Below, piece after piece: positions 58,761 through 64,000 of a DNA stretch of 64,000 nt (its first letter is position 1; every line of letters starts with the position of its first letter). A model generated the notes under the pieces. It did no database searches, had not been told where the DNA came from, and saw only the letters and a program-made list of their open reading frames with translations. The position numbers and the translations under genes were made by a program. This DNA is from Camelus ferus (Eukaryota). The stretch covers positions 44,082,001 through 44,146,000 of the forward strand of contig NC_045704.1 in assembly GCF_009834535.1 (NCBI RefSeq), read 5' to 3'.

Positions 58761-60442
58761 ACCGGCTCCGGCCTCGGCCCTAGGCACTTCCAATTCCCTT
58801 TCTCCCCTTCCTAGCTCCTTGGTTCCTACCACCTTTTTCTCTCCTCCATCCTCCACATCCTATTCTCCGGCTTTTCTTCTCGCTTTCCCACACTCATCCT
58901 CCTTCCTCCCACTACCGGCCTCTAGAGTACCTCTGTGGCTTGGGTACCTGGAGGGTGAGGAGAAGACCTTGGACAGCGTCTCTTGTACTGGAGCTGAGGT
59001 CTGTGTGAACGGATGCAGCCATTGTAAAGCCCTGTCTTTCCCACCCCTGCCAGCCTCAGACCTGCGGTGAAAGGGGGCAGCAACTCCGTTCTGACCCCTC
59101 GTCTCCCCCATCCCCTCCAGTTTGATGCCGAGTTCCGACGCTTCGCGCTGCCCCGCGCTTCGGTGAGCGGCTTCCAAGAGTTCTCTCGGTTGCTGCGTGC
59201 AGTACACCAGATTCCGGGCCTGGACGTGCTGCTTGGCTACACAGATGCTCACGGCGACCTACTGCCCCTCACCAATGACGACAGCCTGCACCGGGCCCTG
59301 GCCAGTGGGCCCCCGCCGCTGCGCCTGCTAGTGCAGAAGCGGGGTGAGAAGAATGGGGTATAGTGGGAAGCCTCTGTGGGGTAGGGTGACAGGGCAGGTC
59401 TACAAGGGTTAGTCCACATCCAGGGTGCCCAGGCTTCACCCTCTGCAGTCCCTGCCCTTGGCCTGACCTCCAAGTGGCAGGGAATAGCTACAGTACCCCC
59501 TTCTTCAGGCCTGGGCCTGATGGAAAAGGTTCCCAAGTGGGAGAGTAGGGTCTCTGATCTCAGCGCCTCCCTCTCCTGCAGCAGAAGGTGACTCCAGTGG
59601 CCTGGTCTTTGCCTCCAACTCTCTGCAGCGGCGTAAGAAAGGGCTCCTCCTTCGGCCTGTGGCACCCCTGCGCACCCGGCCACCCTTGCTAATCAGCCTG
59701 CCCCAAGATTTCCGCCAGGTTTCTTCAGTCATAGATGTGGACCTACTGCCTGAGACCCACCGACGGGTGCGGCTACATAAGCATGGTTCTGATCGCCCCC
59801 TGGGTTTCTACATCCGAGATGGCATGAGCGTTCGTGTAGCTCCCCAGGGCCTGGAACGGGTTCCAGGCATCTTCATCTCCCGCCTGGTACGAGGGGGCCT
59901 GGCTGAGAGTACAGGGCTGCNNNNNNNNNNNNNNNNNNNNNNNNNNNNNNNNNNNNNNNNNNNNNNNNNNNNNNNNNNNNNNNNNNNNNNNNNNNNNNNN
60001 NNNNNNNNNNNNNNNNNNNNNNNNNNNNNNNNNNNNNNNNNNNNNNNNNNNNATAATGTGGTGCGTGGGGTATCTGGGAATCTGACAGGGCCTCTTTCTG
60101 CTGGGCCTGGGTCTGCTGAGCCCGATAGTGACGATGACAGCAGTGATCTGGTCATTGAGAACCGCAAGCCTCCCTGTTCTAATGGGCTGTCTCAGGGGTC
60201 TCCATGCTGGGACCTGCGTCCAAGCCGCCTACTTCCTGGTACCCGCAGCTCTCTGCCCTCACTGGATGATCAGGAGCAGGCCCGCTCTAGCTGGGGGAAT
60301 AGCATGCGAGGAGATGGTAGTGGCTTCAGCCTCTGACAGGCAAGGATGCTGCCCCTTGCCCCTCCAGGCTGCTGGGACATGGCAGGGACTTCCCCAGTGG
60401 GGGTTTTTAGCTTGCTCACAGGGCCTTCTCAGTCTGGGGAAG

Positions 60443-60448
60443 ATTAAA
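60443..60448 (+). terminator. PARD6A poly(A) signal ATTAAA
   Basis: About 107 bp after the PARD6A stop, followed by T/GT-rich sequence. Confidence 0.6.
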
Positions 60449-60606
60449 GGTTTTCTAAATACAGTCGTGGTCCTTCTGTATCCCAGTCCTAGCCTCCTCC
60501 CTGATCCCACAATCTTGCCTTCTTCCCTGGACATGAGGAAGAAGTGATAAGGGTGGCAGAGAGACCTTCCTGTAGTCAAGCAGCAGGAGGGCTACCAGGC
60601 TTGGCA

Positions 60607-60612
60607 TTTATA
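60607..60612 (-). terminator. Candidate ENKD1 variant poly(A) signal TATAAA
   Basis: The plus strand reads TTTATA; no minus-strand AATAAA is seen between the ENKD1 stop and PARD6A. Confidence 0.35.
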
Positions 60613-60854
60613 GGATAAGAAAAGCTCTTATGGAAACAAACCCGCTGTGTACAAAAGGTTTAATTTTGACAAAGGGTTTAAAAGGCTGGGATGACCCTTC
60701 CACAGCCACCAGTGGCTGGGAAGAGTGCTCTGGGGATACTACCCACCCTACTGCTCCTGTCTTCGAACTCCACTCTACAATGGGGCCCAATCCTGCCCTT
60801 TGCAACCATGTGGCGATCCTCAGGGAGACCCCATCACTACCCCTATAAAAGGGC

Positions 60855-63800
60855 TCAGGCATCCATCTTCACAAAGACCTTGGGGCAGGAAAAGATCTTG
60901 ATGGCCTCCTCTACCTGTACCAGCTTCTGGTCCAGCTCAGCACGGTGGCTCTGGGCCCTCAGTGAATCTGCCCCAGCAGGCAGCAGCACCAGCTCTCGAA
61001 GCAGTTGGCTCTGGCCTACAGAGGCCCCAGGAACAGTAAGTGCTGGGCAAGGGTTCATGGTCCCCAGTGGGTTCCCCATCCAGCTATCCATGCCCACATA
61101 CTCACTCTGGAGCAGACTGCTCAGTGTCTCCAACCGCTGGTTCTCAGGCATGCAAGTGTGGCCAGGGGGCATGGCTGGGTCTGGCTGACTACTCTGACGA
61201 GCCTCAGCCTGCCGCCGCCACACATCCCTGCGCTCCAACAAGCTGTAATGCACAGACTCAGGGTGGATGATCCCAGGACAGATGTTGGCTCCCACCCTCC
61301 ATAAATGCCCCTTACCCTGGGCATTAGGTAGTAGGACCTACTAATGGGGCACATGACCCTTCTGTGTGGCATTGTAGTGCTCCTGGGCTTGTCGTTGCTG
61401 CTCCAGCACCTGTGCCAGGACTTGCAGCGAGCGAGAATGCCGCCGGGGGGCCCTCTTGGCAGTGCGGGCATTGTGGGTAATGAAATCCACACCCGAGCCT
61501 GGCCCCTGCAGAACATGGCAAACAGGATGAGGCAGACAGCACTGTGTTGTGCCCCTGAATCTGCTCAGGATCCTTGCCCCACCTCCCAGCCCCCAAACAT
61601 CCTCTCACCTTAGCACTGGGACCTGGTGGGGTTAGCTGAGGACTGGGGACACGAGGTGGTGGGAGCCCAGGGCCGCAGCGGGAATGTGCCCGTAGGAAGT
61701 GAGCAGGCTCTGTCCCAGAAGTAGGGCCGGGCTCCTGGAGGCCAAGGCATAGCAGAGGGATCAAGCTGAGGTCAGAGTCTCAAGCCATAAGACCCAGCCT
61801 CTGCCCCTCCTGCCTCTCAGAATCTTTATCACCAGCCCTATGGGCTGGCCTGGGCTCCTTCCTCTTGAAGAAGTACTTCTCCTCATCAGCATTTAAACAT
61901 GTGTGTTTCTCACATCTTTAAGAAAACAAATATCCCTACTTCTACCTCAGTCTTGGCTTCAGCTACCATTCTTTTTGTTTCCTTCCTAGTCAAGCTTCCT
62001 AGCTCTTTCTCCACCAAGGTCACTGATGGCTGGCCTCCAAGCCCTCAAATCCAGGGTCATTGCCCTGCTCTCATCATCCTCAGCCTGAACCTCAGTAACT
62101 CCTAGGCCTCACTCCTGCGATCCTGACCTGATTCTCCATCTGTTTCCTGGACACACTCCCACTCCCCGGGAGTCCCACAGGCTTTAGCTTCCATACAGCC
62201 ACATATGACCTTACTGTCTTTCCTCTCAGTCCTGCGTTTCCTTCGCAGACCCCTGGATAGAGAAGTGGTGCCACTATCTACCCCAGACAGAACCCTACCC
62301 CCCTGCCCCTGCCTCTGTCCCTCCCACCGTCCTTAGTAATAAATGTTAAAAGTGGATCATGTGACCTTTTATGATGTGGGTCCAGCTGATTCTTAGCCTA
62401 ACTTTGTGCTCTTCTTTCCTCACAGTGAATTAAACACAGCATCCCCAGTGCCCATACTCCCTCTGGTTTTAGGACTTCTATCTATGAGGTTCCATCTCTA
62501 TAGAATGTTCTCTTCCATTCTCCCCTTGCCTAATTCCTACTTGCCCCTCAGGATCATCCAGCCATCATCACTTCTGAGAAAGCTCCCCACTCCCACCCTG
62601 CAGCAGAACCACCTATGTCTCAGAGCCCTGTTACCTTAGTCCCCTGTGATTTTTCCTCCCTCCTTATAACATAGATAGGAGTATAATTGCCTGCTGGCCA
62701 ACAAGATGGACAATACTTCTGGCTCCCTGAAGCAGGTACCTGCAGTTGGGCCTTGACACGGGACTCCACTTTGTCGTACTTGGGGGAGCGCCACAGAGCC
62801 TTCAGAGGCCTGGTCTGGCCCTGACCCTGGCCACGCTCCTGCTCATGGAAGCGCCTCTGGATCTCCCTGATCCGCCTCAGGTTCTCCTTCTCATGGTCTT
62901 TAGGGTCCTTCCCTGGGAAAAGATGTTGCCAGGCTCAGTGGTGGGGGCAGGGTATAGCTCAGTGTTAGAGTGCATGCTTAGCATGCAGGAGGTCCTGGAT
63001 TCAGTCCCCAGTACCTCCATTAAAAAAAATGAAACAAAACAAAAAACATGTTGCCAGGCTCTGCCTTACATACAGCCTAACGCAATCCCACTCACACCAG
63101 CTGACACACAGCCCCACACTCTCCTATAGAAAGATCTCCGTGACATCTCCATTCTAAGTTAGACTCTCTACATATACTCTACTTCATTGCTTTGTTCACT
63201 TCCTGACACGGTAATTATCTTCTATCCCTGATGGTTTTCTACATTTTTATTTCAATAAATATGCCATTAATCATCTTGCATATCGGATTCATCGCTTTAC
63301 TTGTTTATTGTCTCCCACCTTGATTCCATGATGCTCTTCTTCAACTTTGTTTTCCTAGCACCTATAGGGCCTAACACAGTAGACACTCAATAAACAACGT
63401 TTCACTGGTGCATGAATTCATGAAGCCGAACTATCGTTTCCAGGGAAGACCTCATTCAGTCCTCTCCTTCGAGGAGGTAGTGCATCTCCTCCTCCTTCTA
63501 TAGTTGGGAAAACTGACACTCAGAGAAGCAAAGCCCGAGCCCTCGTCGGGGAAGGCGGAGCAGCTGCTTTTGATCTCAGCTTTGACCAAAGCCCCGCTGC
63601 CCCTTCTGCCCAGAACTTACTCTTGGGAGAGGCCCCTGGGCCTAGGGAGATACCCTCGAGCTGCAGCAGCACGCCCACTACGCCGTGCCGGCCACGCTCC
63701 AGGATTTCTCGGGCTCCCGGACCGATGCGGGGGTCGCGGGGAGGTGTGGAGTCTAGGTCCTGTTCCGAGGTCAGCAGGTCCAACTTCAGCGCGTTTGCCT

Positions 63801-63995
63801 CAAGGCGCCCTTGGGCTGAGGGGCCAGACAGGGCGGAGTGTTGGGCTTAGTGGTGGAGTGGGTCCGACGCTCGCTCGGGTCTCGCCCAGTGGCGGTACCC
63901 ACCAACTTACCCGAGGAGGGCCGCCGGTAGTAGTCAGGACAAAGCGTAGGATCTGGGGGGATGGGCCCCGAGATACGGGACGGACCCTCGCACAT
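60855..63995 (-). CDS. ENKD1: Enkurin domain-containing protein 1, 7 exons, 346 aa
   Basis: Minus-strand exons: 63995-63911, 63815-63621, 62912-62740, 61734-61609, 61505-61342, 61242-61106, 61015-60855; sum 1041 nt. MCEGPSRISGPIPPDPTLCPD, RKDPKDHEKENLRRIREIQ, GHVPHYLLERR, EEAIKIFSCPKVFVKMDA. Confidence 0.95.
61860..62660. mobile_element. L2 remnant in ENKD1 intron 3
   Basis: C/T-rich decayed sequence with L2-like motifs. Confidence 0.45.
62941..63047 (+). mobile_element. tRNA-Ala-derived SINE, short form, 14-bp TSD, in ENKD1 intron 2
   Basis: TSD ATGTTGCCAGGCTC at 62923-62936 and 63048-63061. Confidence 0.9.
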
Positions 63996-64000
63996 GCCTT
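63520..64000 (-). promoter_or_regulatory. CpG island over the 5' end of ENKD1 (continues past the window)
   Basis: CpG-rich sequence spanning ENKD1 exons 1-2. Confidence 0.65.

Overview
Mammalian genomic DNA, not prokaryotic. The SINE content (tRNA-Ala-derived, vic-1-like) points to a camelid. The window carries the conserved CTCF - CARMIL2(RLTPR) - ACD(TPP1) - PARD6A - ENKD1 block, orthologous to human 16q22.1. Bases 1-20240 are an AT- and repeat-rich intron, most likely the CTCF 5'-UTR intron. I traced exons by hand through GT-AG junctions with consistent reading phase: CTCF (+, 10 coding exons, 727 aa if the two masked exons have the human lengths), CARMIL2 (+, 39 exons, 1404 aa), ACD (-, 12 exons, 455 aa), PARD6A (+, 3 exons, 346/345 aa) and ENKD1 (-, 7 exons, 346 aa). 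All five N-runs fall on conserved exonic sequence and look like masking rather than true gaps. I found no evidence of a new gene system. The best leads are regulatory or isoform-level: a shared bidirectional poly(A) signal (CARMIL2/ACD), an upstream in-frame ACD ATG, an intragenic CARMIL2 CpG island ahead of the CPI motif, lineage-specific SINEs around the alternatively spliced CTCF exons and at an ENKD1 acceptor, a candidate CTCF poison micro-exon, and a strong CTCF site beside the CTCF gene. Human comparisons are from memory and need database confirmation.
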